64,000 bases of DNA from Octopus vulgaris (lineage: Eukaryota), in NCBI GenBank assembly GCA_951406725.2, contig OX597840.1, positions 1,922,001 through 1,986,000 of the forward strand, given 5' to 3'. The notes under the pieces were generated by a model. That model was not told the DNA's origin, ran no database searches, and saw only the letters and a list, made by a program, of their open reading frames with translations. The translations under genes and the position numbers were made by a program. This document shows, piece by piece, positions 39,704-52,425 of the stretch (the stretch's first letter is position 1; each line of letters starts with the position of its first letter).

Positions 39704-40328
39704 GTGACGTATATTTGCCATTTAAATATGGCTAACTACTAAGGGTGGATGCTACTGTAGTTTGTAGCCCCAGGAGGACACCTCCTCCAGCTGGCTTTAG
39801 ACACACTTTCTGTGCCCTATCAGTATTTGCAACGAAGGTGTGTCTAAAGCCAGCTGGAGGAGGTGTCCTCCTGGGGCTACAAACTACAGTAGCATCCAGC
39901 CTTAGGGGTTAGCCATATTTAAATGGCAAATATACTTCACGATGTGTTGCAGCTACTGTTTATACCTCGCTCAAAGATTTATTATTGCTCGTTTACACTT
40001 TTTCGATATCAGTGTCTTTACATCACTGGAAAAAGGAAGTATATTTGCAGAGGAAGGCCTACTTTTCATCGACAGCCACGATTGTCATACACTGATGACG
40101 GGTCAATACCCAGAAACTCGAGTCCGTATGTAACATAGGTTGAAGACGGGAAGGATGGCTTCCCTTTGCAAATACTGATAGGGCACAGAAGCCAGCTGGA
40201 GGAGGTGTCCTCCTGGGGCTACATGCTACAGTAGCATCCACCCTTAGGGATTAGCCATATTTAAATGGCAAATATACGTCACGATGTGTTGGAGCTACTG
40301 TTTATAACTCGCTCTAAGATTTATTATT
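39704..40328 (+). mobile_element. Hammerhead-bearing element: inverted partial copy plus ~340-bp-period tandem repeat
   Basis: 39704-39810 pairs with 39834-39940; ~39849-39986 is repeated directly at ~40189-40328. Confidence 0.85.
40086..40130 (+). ncRNA. Type I hammerhead ribozyme motif
   Basis: cataca CTGATGA c gggt caat accc a GAAA ctcgag TC cgtatg. Confidence 0.85.
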
Positions 40329-40480
40329 ACAGTTTGGTTTTGTTGTGAGAGAAATGCAGTGAAATTGAGAAATACACTTCGGGTGATAGAGGTGGAGATG
40401 GTGTGAGTGTGCGGGCGTGTGTGTTTGATTATGTGTGCGCGTTTGTGAGTGTGCCTCTGTATATGTGCCTGCGTGTGTGA

Positions 40481-40656
40481 GTCATTCTTTTTCAGTGCCT
40501 TATTACTTAACACACTCACCGGTAAAATTTTCACTTATTTCACTAAAATTTTCGTTGCTTCTTGCAAGACGCAACGAAAATTTTAGAATAATAAAGAAGG
40601 AAATAAGTGGAAATAATAAGGTGAGTGTAAATAATAAGGCACTAAAAGAGAGTGAC
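40481..40656. repeat. Imperfect fold-back palindrome
   Basis: Centre cttg|caag at 40564/40565. Arms agtgccttatt, acactcacc, cacttatttc and ctaaaattttcgttgc are mirrored. Confidence 0.9.
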
Positions 40657-40750
40657 GCTCCCCAGACACAAGAGATTATGCTTCAACACACGAACTCATA
40701 TAAAAAATCTTGCAAACCAAATCCAAACATGAAATATATATATGTATATG

Positions 40751-40796
<46 letters not shown>

Positions 40797-40946
40797 ACGA
40801 CATTCTTTCAGTTTCCGTCTAACACAAGCCTTTGGTTGGCCCGAGGCTAAAGTAGAAGACACCTGCCCAAGGTGCCACACAGTAGAACTGAATTCAGAAT
40901 CACGTGATTGGGAAACAATCTTCTCATCAAACAGCCACACCTGCGC
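40797..40946 (-). mobile_element. SINE family A, 5' half
   Basis: ttctttcagtttccgtct...gcccaaggtgccac...acagccacacctgcgc. Confidence 0.75.
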
Positions 40947-41313
40947 ATATTAGGAATGATTAACAAATACCTTTACTGGCAGCGTAGCGACGGATTAAAG
41001 AACTGCTAACTCTAAGAACGATGACAAGGAATATATACAAATATTGGTATAAAAAAAGAATGAAATGTATAGATTTAATTAGAAGGAATTTTCATTTAAT
41101 TTCTTTCCAAATTCTAATTCGATTAACCGAAGTGAATGCCCGATAAGGATCTCCAAACATTTTATTCTGGCACCAAATCAAATCAGAATAATAAGCATCA
41201 TACACACTACACATACAGCCGATACAAATAAGAATGATGATGATGAAGATGCTGATAATAATAATAACAAGAACAACAACAATAACAATGATAGTAACAA
41301 TAATAATATTATA

Positions 41314-41374
<61 letters not shown>

Positions 41375-41382
41375 TGATGATG

Positions 41383-41425
<43 letters not shown>

Positions 41426-41427
<2 letters not shown>

Positions 41428-41981
41428 GCCCTGATGCAGTACCAGGCAGTGGCTCTCATGGCTTCTGATCTTAATTGATTGGAAGTGTTATCATGTACAT
41501 TGTTTTGTCTTGGTATAAAAGATGGGCTACAGCAAATATTCTGCTCAATACCACAGATTTGCTTGTCAGTTGTTTGACCTTGACCAGTTGAGCATGTCCC
41601 TTAGTGGCTGACGATATGTGCATCTCTGATCACGAGCAGAAGTAGTGGGGGAGCATCATAGCCATGTGTTGAGAGGGATTCTTTGGGGTTTGAATAATTC
41701 ACCTCTGGAAACATGGGTGTTTCATTCAACATCCTTAAACAACCCTTATTCAGGGACTGTTTGAGCGGGATGGGCTACTCAACCTGAAGAAAATTCTAAC
41801 TGGGCCCCACCTGCAAGGTCATGTGCTGTTTATCTTGATATGAGATCACCATGTCGCGCACATATGGTTGTGATGCATGTGCCTGGTGTACCTTTATCAG
41901 ACGGGTAGTCATGATGGGTATATTGGGCTTCGTATATTTTACCCCAGTGTCACTTTGATGGCATGAACTGCTCTCTCACTC
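41426..41981 (+). mobile_element. ~555-bp non-coding element embedded in (TAA)n
   Basis: (AAT)n directly on both sides; homologs at 37969-38325 and 33490-33543. Confidence 0.85.
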
Positions 41982-42048
41982 AATAATAATAATAATAATA
42001 ATAATGAATTTATGATAGCACAAATAATAGTAACGACAATGATAACAA

Positions 42049-42095
<47 letters not shown>

Positions 42096-42238
42096 GATGA
42101 TGATGATGATGTTGATGATGATGATGATGGTGATGGTGATGGTGATGATGATGATGATGATGATGTTTGATGGCAATGTTAATCATGATGAAAATGATGA
42201 TGAGCATGATGATAATAATGGTGATGATGATGGTGATT

Positions 42239-42270
<32 letters not shown>

Positions 42271-42776
42271 AATGATGGTGATGATGATGGTGATGATGAT
42301 GGTGATGATGATGATAACGATGATGATGATGATGATGATGAATGACGGTTTAGATGTGATGATAATTATGATGATGAACACGACGACGACAACGATGATG
42401 ATGGAAAGGAGGTGGAGGAGGAGGAGGAGGGAGAGGAGGGAGAGGAGGAGAAGGAGAAGGAGGAAGGGGAGGTTGGCAATGATATAAGGATATGGATAAA
42501 GTGCGAAGAAATTTTATCGGGAAAAGATCGCTAAAGATCGGCAAAGATCGAGGAAAGATCGGAAACTTAAACTCAGTAATAGTATCAAAGCGATAAACTT
42601 AAAGACATTTAATGGAGGCAAATTTCACCGGAGTTATCATTTAACATTTATGAAAATGCGGAGGGAGGTTGTATGACCTCGTTACCGTAAGGCTCTGCAT
42701 GAGCTAGCAAATTCTAGTGCACCTTTCTGTAAATGTGTTAGTGTTTTGCTATATAGGTTATGCATGTTATTATAGT

Positions 42777-43624
42777 GGAGGCGCAATGGCCCAGTGGTTA
42801 GGGCAGCAGACTCGCGGTCATAGGATCGCGGTTTCGATTCCCAGACCGGGCGTTGTGAGTGTTTATTGAGCGAAAACACTTAAAGCTCCACGAGGCTCTG
42901 GTAGGGGGTGGTGGTGATCCCTGCTGTACTCTTTCACCACAACTTTCTCTCACTCTTACTTCCTGTTTCTGTTGTACCTGTATTTCAAAGGGCCGGCCAT
43001 GTCACTCTCTGTGTCACGCTGAATAACCCCGAGAACTATGTTAGGGGTACACGTGTCTGTGGAGTGCTCAGCCACTTACACGTTAATTTCACGAGCAGGC
43101 TGTTCCATTGATTCGGATCAACCGGAACCCTCATCATCGTAACCGATGGAGAGCTCCTGCACGGGATTGTGGTGATCCCTGCTGTACTCTTTCACCACAA
43201 TTTTCTCTCACTCTTACTTCCTGTTTCTGTGTGTACCTGTATTTCAAAGGGCCGGCCTTGTCACTCTCTGTGTCACGCTGAATAACCCCGAGAACTACGT
43301 TAAGGGTACACGTGTCTGTGGTGTGCTCAGCCACTTACACGTTAATTTCACGAGCAGGCAGTTCCGTTGATTCGGATCAACCGGAACCCTCATCATCGTA
43401 ACCGATGAAGTGCTCCTGCAGGGGATTGTGGTGATCCCTGCTGTACTCTTTCTAGGGGCCGGCCTTGTCACACTCTGTGTCACGCTGAATAACCCCGAGA
43501 ACTACGTTAAGGGCGGACGTGTCTGTGGAGTGCTCAGCCACTTACACGTTAATTTCACGAGCAGGCAGTTCCGTTGATTCGGATCAACCGGAACCCTCGT
43601 CGTCGTAACCGACGGAGTGCTTCC
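42777..43624 (+). mobile_element. SINE family D (tRNA head) with triplicated 3' body
   Basis: A box tggcccagtgg, B box ggtttcgattcc; gtggtgatccctgctgtactc recurs at 42911, 43169 and 43428. Confidence 0.9.
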
Positions 43625-43910
43625 ATCCATGCATATTATTGTAAAGCGGATTGCAGCTTACAATCCTATGGTCACGGGTTGACAAGTAGACTCTCTTTGG
43701 TACGTTGTATTGACAAGTTAAAATAATGAGGAAACAATGTCTGTCGCACCCCAAAACAAAGAATTTGATGTGAGTTGTCTCACTTTGCCATCGTCTGCTT
43801 TCGGCTGATTTTACACCTAGGGCATTGAGACTGTATTCTCCTACGTCTCAGAAACGCAGCCGCTCGACAAATATGCAACATACACACACACCTATTGTAC
43901 AAGTGCTTGC

Positions 43911-44161
<251 letters not shown>

Positions 44162-44318
44162 AATATAATCAAAAAAGGGTAATAACATAGATTACTATAT
44201 ATATAGTGTGTGGGGGGAGATAGATAGAGAGAAACATAGAGAGAAGTACATCTTTCATTCATTTTATATAATACACACACATATATGTATATATTACAAT
44301 ATATATATATATATATAT

Positions 44319-44349
<31 letters not shown>

Positions 44350-44414
44350 TACCTGTATATATCTATCTATCTGTCTATCTATTTATCTATCTATCTATCT
44401 ATCTATCTATCTCA

Positions 44415-44467
<53 letters not shown>

Positions 44468-44787
44468 AATACAGCTCATCAATGGCCTGTCAGAGAAATT
44501 AAGAAATCTATGTAAAGTGTAATTAGATGTCTTTGAAAGGGACCAGGAATCCTGCTCTACACAGTGCCAGTTGAACCAACAGCGAAACATGACGTACCGA
44601 TGCGGTCAGAAGAATCCAACTCCTTTATACACTAAATGAATGGACCGAAACATGGGACAAAAGCACCAAACGAGTGGTGATGTGAAAGATCCTAGATTGC
44701 GAATATCGGAAAGGTCCAACAACAATGCAGCCACAACGGTGAAAGTAGTAATATAATGAAAGAAAAGGATTTATATCTATATATATA

Positions 44788-44949
44788 GGCGCATGAGTGG
44801 CTGTTGGGTAAGTAGCTTGTTTACCAACCACATGGTTCCGGGTTCAGTCCCACTGCGTGGCACCTTGGTCTAGTGTCTTCTGCTATAACCTCGGACCGAC
44901 CAAAGCCCTGTGAGTGGATTCGGTAGACGGAAACTGAAAGAAGCCTGTC

Positions 44950-44993
<44 letters not shown>

Positions 44994-45214
44994 ATATATT
45001 TGTGTGTCTGTGTTTGTCCCCCTAGCATTGCTTGACAACCGATGCTGGTGTGTTTATGTCCCCGTTACTTAGCGGTTCGGCAAAAGAGACCGATAGAATA
45101 AGTACTGGGCTTACAAAAGAATAAGTCCCGGGATCGAGTTGCTCGATTAAAGGCGGTGCTCCAGCATGGCCGCAGTCAAATGACTGAAACAAGTAAAAAA
45201 AAAAAGAAAAAAAA
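44788..45214 (+). mobile_element. SINE family A, full length with A-rich tail
   Basis: Nearly identical to 50064-50462. Confidence 0.9.
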
Positions 45215-45339
45215 AATATATATATCGTAATATATACATATATGTGTGTATTATATAAAATGAAAGATGTCCGTCTCTCTCTGTCACTCCCCCCCCCACA
45301 CACACTATATATATATATATATATGTATAAAAAGTATAT

Positions 45340-45660
45340 ATAAAAATACAAAATGGGGCAAGAACGCAAAACATTCAAATGGACAACACAAAAAACGGAC
45401 GGGTCATTCGAAGCCTCTAATCTTCAGTCAAGAACCGGATCATCCTCGCAATTTCGGCTGATTAATCTTGAGATCGCTCCGATCCGGCCAGCCCCAGGGA
45501 AAAACTAAGCTACGAGCATTAGATTTCTTGGAAAAAGGATCGAACGTATACGAAACAAGGACAGAAAAACGGACGATGCCACACGAATATAAATACAAAA
45601 AACAATAATATTAATAACAGGACAAAAACAACAACAACAGGTGTCTTACGACTTCAGACA
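45340..45660 (-). repeat. Dispersed repeat, inverted homolog at ~54520-54830
   Basis: Shared blocks aaatctaatgc..tagcttag, ggggctggcc, cagccgaaatt and gactgaaga; both copies lie next to (TA)n. Confidence 0.7.
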
Positions 45661-45792
45661 GTTCAAGTTAGCTTAGCTGGCGTATTTGGAAAATAATGCC
45701 TTACGGCAGACGAAGATATCGATGCTGTCGTGGCGGTGCTATATATAGTTCCTTCACATATCCGTGGCTCTTCGTATATTTATGCCAGGAGT

Positions 45793-45864
45793 ACCGACGC
45801 TGATGAAGGCAATAGGTAATGTTACTCTATTACTTTAAGCCCGAAACACGAACTTGTACGCGGT
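45793..45864 (+). ncRNA. Type I hammerhead ribozyme motif
   Basis: accgacg CTGATGA aggc [28-nt loop] gccc GAAA cacgaacttg TA cgcggt. Confidence 0.7.
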
Positions 45865-46005
45865 TAACCGAAGTTTTGATACATTTTTTTCTTTTGCTAG
45901 CCTTGTATGTAGTGTGTTTCTCTCGGAAAAAACTATGGTGGTAATCGTGTCTTTTGACGTCTATTTTTCAGTGCATGGTGAGGCACAAACCAAGCCCTTG
46001 TCAAA

Positions 46006-46058
<53 letters not shown>

Positions 46059-46508
46059 CAGAAAATGAGAAACAGACAGACAGACAGAGTATGACGTTGG
46101 GAGAGGAATAGGGGTGGATTGACCGTTACAGTCAGATATATATGAACGAATGCAAAGATGTTCTATTACCCCTATTCATCTTGGTTGCAGATCACTTAAA
46201 TTTCCCCATATTGTCCTTAACATTTTCAGTTTGTTGCGTTACTTAATCAGTTGGATATCATTACAGAAATGCTGACGCTTCCATACAGCGACGCCGCTAA
46301 CGCTGACACAGTGACACACATATATATAAACATATATATTCGTAAATTTAATGTGTGCTTTCTTCAACGTCATTATAAGTGTGTACACATCTAATCACAC
46401 ACGTCAATGTAGCCCAATTCACACACACACATATATGTATTTATATAGCTAGATAGATATGTATATCTATATACATATATACATACATACGTACATACAT
46501 ACTTACAC

Positions 46509-46549
<41 letters not shown>

Positions 46550-47471
46550 GTTATATATGCATATATATATATATGTGTACACATATATATATACGTAAAT
46601 AAATACGTCTGCATATATATATATATGTGTGTATACAGAACCAAACTAACACACTTCTAAAGTATCTACGCTATCATTCTGAGAGATGTCTTAATTCTCA
46701 TAAAAATAGTCGTTAGCAAAATTACCGGAAGCAATCGCTCGCCATTTTAGTTTGATGTCTTCTCTTATTATGTGTATGTACGTGTATGCACAATATTTTA
46801 TATGTATATACATATTTATATATATTTGCATATATATTTATATATGCATGTATATATGTATATATATATATATATGTGTGTATTTGTCTTTTATGTATTT
46901 TTTACCCTTCTCTTTTACTCTTCATTTTCTACTGAAATTCTTACCTAATTTCTTTCATTCTTAAGCTCTTCCTCTCCTTCATTATTTATTGAGCACTCTC
47001 TCTCTTTCTCTCTCTCCATATCCTTTCCACCATTTCTCCCATCCTACCATCCCTGCCCACCACCAATATTTTTATTCTCGTTATTACTTCTTTATTCTCT
47101 TATTTATCTCTTAATTTTCTAAATCCGTATTTGTTTACATATATTTTGTTTCACAACTTCTTTCCAGCTTATTATTATTATTATTATTATTATTATTGTT
47201 ATTATTATCGTTTTAGTTTCTTCGTTTTATTCACTCCATAAATTGTTTGTTTATATACTGCGTGTTGTTTCTATTTGATTATTTGATTTTACAGCCGTTG
47301 TTTCGTAATGTTTTTCTTGTCGTCTGCTATTTTTGATTTTATATTCTCCGTTCTTTACTTTTGTTTTAAAACAAAATTTTATTGACTCGACATATATATC
47401 TGTATATTTGCATATATATATATACATACACACACATATACACACACTAGCATATATACACACATTTACAC

Positions 47472-47519
<48 letters not shown>

Positions 47520-47537
47520 TGATGTATTTGTGTATCC

Positions 47538-47572
<35 letters not shown>

Positions 47573-47709
47573 CGTATGTATTGGTGTGTTTAATTTTGCT
47601 TCTTTTTTAACATGTTTATTTATGGGTTGTATTTGTTTTCAGATGTTTGTTTTCTTATTTCCTTTATTTGTTTGAAAGATTTTTGCTTCTAACGTTTCCC
47701 TTATATATA

Positions 47710-47763
<54 letters not shown>

Positions 47764-48077
47764 CCTGTATATATAGATATATATATATATATATGTTTAT
47801 AGAGAGAGAGAAAGTGACAGAGAAATATATATGCTAACATCTATATGGATGAACGTATATATACGCTTACATATATGTATGTATGCATGTATGTATATCT
47901 ATTTGTACTATGTTTGTATGTATGTTTGCGTGTGTGTGTGTGTGACTGTGTGTATATGTGCACACATTTGATGTTAGATTTTAATTCATTGAAATTGATT
48001 GGGTTTGCAATTATATTATACGTGTTTTTAGTGTGTATACATACATAAGTATATGAATATCTCTATATAAATAAAGG

Positions 48078-48119
<42 letters not shown>

Positions 48120-50063
48120 TATTTATATACATATATATATGTTTGCATGTATGTTTGTATATATATATGTATGTATGTATATTTATATACACATATATAT
48201 ATATATATACATATATGCATATATATGTACGTATGTTCGTATTTGTTTTGAGTTTTATTTCATTTGAACTTGATTGGACTCTGATCTCTCCTCTTGAAAT
48301 CAATCGATTTCCAATTTGATGATCACCAACATCATATATCTTCATAAAGTCAATCTTTGCTGAAAAGCAATTAAAAACCTCCCAGAAATAAAAAAAAACA
48401 AACTAAAAACTAAAAAGTAAAAAAAAATGTACACAAGGACAACAACACAAAAAAATCACAGCAAACAAACTAACAAGTAAAAATCTAAAACAAAATACTT
48501 AAAGCAAAGCAGAACCGAAAATAAACACAAACAAAGTTACGTCAAACCGGGCGGCCATTTTTCTCATTTCACGCATTCTCCGAAATGTACTCTACGCTAC
48601 ATTAAACATTACTTTTTAATAAAAGACCCCTTTTTCTATCACATTCACATCTACCTCTCTGTTTTCCCCCCAGTTAGTTCTTCTCGATTTATCGATATAT
48701 TCGTCAATGTATCTCTATCCATTGAATGTGTTCACTGAATTTATTCGTTTCGTCCTTGTTTTTCTCTCTTTTTATCCCTAAGAGAGTTGATGTCGTCTGC
48801 TTATTGTGAAACAGAAAGGTAACATTTAACGAAACAAACGACCACAATTTATTTCGCTTCAATTGGTTTTTACTTGTTTCAACAAAATACTTTCCTCCAC
48901 AATTTTTATTGAGATTTTTATATTATATATTTATACTTTATATCTTTTTCCGGATATTTTTCCATAAGAATCTTTATATTCTTGTATTGTATATATTTTC
49001 TCATCATTCATCTCGACACAGGTTACAAATTTAATGGCTACGAACACATGTTTTCTCTTGGTGCCTAAAATTTCTCTCAAAAAGGGACAATTTTTATTCA
49101 CGTTTCGCGTCTCTGAGAGATATTATTCATTTCCTAATCGCTTCTTGATATGCCGTAATATTCACTGCGTCTCTCGCTCTCTACACTCCTTTGTGGATTT
49201 GTGTATCTCTCTTTCCATTTCGCAGTTTCTCTCTCTCTCCCTCTCTCCCTCTCCCTCTCTCTCTCTCTCTCTCGTGTTAGGCTTAGAAGAGATGCACAGC
49301 TTCCAAATTTTAGAGTTGAGTTTCCTATTATATACTACGCAGATGCGAAACGTATGTATTACGTGATTTCAGAATCTTCGTATTTGGCTTAAGTTTATTA
49401 TTATAATTTACGCACACATACACACACGCACGCACAAACACACACACACACAAACATATACTCACTCACACGTTCACAAAAACACACACACGTTCACAAA
49501 CACACACACACACACATATTTATCGTCAGCAAATAAGAAATCTGAAAGAGGGTGACGCTCTAAATTATAAAAGTATTCTACTTCTTTTTCACAACCATTC
49601 GAGCACGAAGCGCTCATCACGAACGCACGTTCGTGAGACGGTTGTGATCTGTAAACAGCCTTGAGTAAGAAGCGGAAAGACGAGTATGAACACGCAATGC
49701 GTATGTTCATACTGAATTCTTAAGAGAAGAATAAAGCAAGTTACATGACGGACTGTATGTCACGTCTGACGCCACTATCACACAGTTTGCTACAATTTTC
49801 TTGTTGTACATCTCCATGGGCTGATGGGTATAATTTTGAATAACTGTCTTCCTAATGACGCCGATTGAGGAAGAAATGTGCGGTCAGGACTGTTCTCTTA
49901 TTTCCAGACAGCAAGATCTTAATGGCATATCAGGTTTAGAGAAATTCTTAATTCATGAGATTATCTGCTCTTTTGTTATGCATGTGACTTAATTAAAATT
50001 TGGTAAAGCTGATACATCAATTTGAAGCAGAGTGAATAACTAAAAAATATTTTAATATATATT

Positions 50064-50462
50064 GGCGCAGGAGTGGCTGTGTGGTAAGTAGCTTGTTTAC
50101 CAAGCACATGGTTCCGGGTTCAGTCCCACTGCGTGGCACTTTGGGCAAGTGTCTTCTACTATAGCCTCGGGCCGACCAAAGCATTGTGAGTGGATTTGGT
50201 AGACGGAAACTGAAAGAAGCCCGTCGTATATATGTATATATATGCGTGTATGTTTGTGTGTCTGTGTTTGTCCCCTTAGCATTGCTTGACAACCGATGCT
50301 GGTGTGTTTATGTCCCCGTTACTTAGCGGTTCGGCAAAAGAGACCGATAGAATAAGTACTGGGCTTACAAAAGAATAAGTCCCGGGTCGAGTTGCTCGAT
50401 TAAAGGCGGTGCTCCAGCATGGCCGCAGTCAAATGACTGAAACAAGTAAAAGAGTAAAGAGT
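50064..50462 (+). mobile_element. SINE family A, full length (reference copy)
   Basis: ggcgcaggagtggctgtgtggtaag (A box), ggttcagtccc (B box), ttgggcaagt CORE-like segment, LINE-like tail. Confidence 0.9.
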
Positions 50463-50563
50463 ATATCAAGAATATATGTGGTACATTACATAATAAACCT
50501 ATATTTATGAATATGTATGTAATAGCCGAAACGGATCGATCAGTATAAGGAATAGTCAACAGT

Positions 50564-50860
50564 GGAGGCACATGGCCTAGTGGTTAGAGCAGTGGACTCG
50601 CGGTCGAGGGATCGTAGGTTCGAATCTCAGAACAGGCGATGTGTGTGTTTATGAGCGAAAACACCTAGGTAATGAAGAAGGTAATGGCGAACTTCTGCTG
50701 ACTCTTTCGCCACAACTTTCTCTCACTCTTTCCTCCTGCATCTTGCAGCTTACCTGCGACGGACCGGCGTCCCGTCCAGGTGGGTAACCTATACGCCAAG
50801 AAACCGGGAAACCGGCCCTTATGAGCCAAGCATGGCTCGAGAAGGAACAAACAACAACAA
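50564..50860 (+). mobile_element. SINE with family D head and V-domain-like tail; probable TSD
   Basis: tggcctagtggttagagc...ggttcgaatctc; cctgcgacggaccggcgtcccgtccag; (AAC)n tail; aatagtc[a/g]aca at 50551-50561 and 50863-50873. Confidence 0.85.
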
Positions 50861-50869
50861 ACAATAGTC

Positions 50870-52010
50870 GACACAAGCGATATTCCTCATTGATTCCCTG
50901 CAACATATACGGCACGGGCAACGTTATGATCTCAGCTGTTATCTGCGGGGGCCATTCGGGATCCTGTGTGAAGGTTAATGCTACTCCCTTATGGTGCTTT
51001 TCCACCACCTCTTCTACCTCACCGTCTCTGTAGAAGAAGAAAATAGTTCCATTTCTTCCGTGTTCGAGGTAGTCAATTCTACTGATGGCGGCACAATTCC
51101 CCCCAACGGTGTCACTTCCCCTACCGGCAAGGTACCGGGACATTTCCGTGCTATGTCATCGACTGCCGGCAATGTCCCCTTTTTCTTCAACTTCCTCTTT
51201 TTTCTTCTCAACTGAGGGAGAGTGCGTCTCCTCCGTGTCCGGTAGATTTGCCTCTCCTCCCAGGATCCTTCGGTGAGCACTCATTGTTGCTCACCATCTT
51301 CCTCTTGCGACCCTTCTTTGAGGAGTCTTCCGTCTCCTCGGCTGCCTTCGTTCCTTCTTCTACAGAGGTCTCAATCAACTGCTCCAGGACTTTGCTTTGT
51401 TCCTGAGGACAGTGTTTCTTTATATGGCCAAGCTCCAGGTACCGATAACACCGGGTGGGGGGGCACCCTCAGGAATCACCAGGTACCTGCACCCGGCCAT
51501 TTAAAAAAAATCTGGCATAACCAGATTCATGGCTGATTGGGTCCACAGGGTCAAAATAGCTTTTCACCCAACCCAATCAAGCACAGGAAGAATTGAGGAG
51601 CCTGGCTCAGCCGCCACTTAAACCCCGGCGGATAGTATCCTCTATCCACTAGGGTTCAATTCCAGGTGGCAAACCGCAGATCCAAGCTCTCGTCAATTTT
51701 TTCCCACAATAAGTGGTAAGAAACAAAATTTCTTTACCCTCAAAGGGCTGGCTCGCAAAACTGCGAGCCTCCTCTGGGCTGGCAAACAGCAACTGCATAT
51801 TTGACACCCCTAGAAATATACTTAATTGTTGGCAGATGTTCCGCCAACTCCTGCTCAATCATCTGCTTCGAGTAGACGGCAATGATATCGAGACCCTCGA
51901 ATACGTTTTCAACACGAACGTCCCCTCCTCTTGCTGTCTGAGCCACTCCTTAGGTGGGACAATCTCCCACTCTACAATCTTATCCGTATTTTTTGCCACG
52001 TTTTAAATTA
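50870..52010 (-). pseudogene. Decayed L1/Tx1-like ORF1 region
   Basis: LFASPEEARSF...LFLTTYCGKKLTRAWICGLPPGI parallels LFKTEGQE...HFPTYVEIRVVRITVPGI of the 61530 element; basic low-complexity C-terminal part. Confidence 0.5.
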
Positions 52011-52172
52011 AAAAGTTAAAAAGTCCAAAACAAATTTCGAAAAGAAAAGAAAGCAAAAGGAAACAAAAGGGAAGAAGAGAAAAGCAAACAGTTCAACAAA
52101 ACACAGCAAAGAAATCTTCTGGGCATTCAGGTACTCCAGTTCCTATGGTACTCTGATTAGAACTTGGACTAT

Positions 52173-52425
52173 TGGTAAAGTTAGTTGTAAAAATACACAC
52201 TATTCACAAACAGCGAACAACTTTTGTTTGAAGGATACGCCACCAAACCATACTTGTCACAATGAGAAAAAAAATTACACTTAGTGTGAATACTTGAAAT
52301 ACAGCTTCCAATTAATGGTAAATGTTGTTGTAAAAACATGCACTATTAAAAAAGTGAACAACTTTTGTTTAAAGGATACACCCCCAAACTATACTTCTGA
52401 CAATGAGAAAAAAAATTCACTTTAT
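52173..52425. repeat. Two diverged ~143-bp-period tandem monomers
   Basis: tggtaaa...gttgtaaaaa...gaacaacttttgttt.aaggatac...acaatgagaaaaaaaatt occurs twice. Confidence 0.85.

Noticed and set aside
42777-42850. tRNA genes at SINE heads (also 50564, 39067, 50064)
   Set aside because: A/B boxes are present but there is no complete cloverleaf or acceptor stem, and the sequence continues into SINE bodies.
45385-45500. Hammerhead in the 45340/54520 repeat family (CTGAAGA; ggctg/cagcc GAAA)
   Set aside because: Core parts are not in canonical order or are incomplete (GAAT) in both copies.
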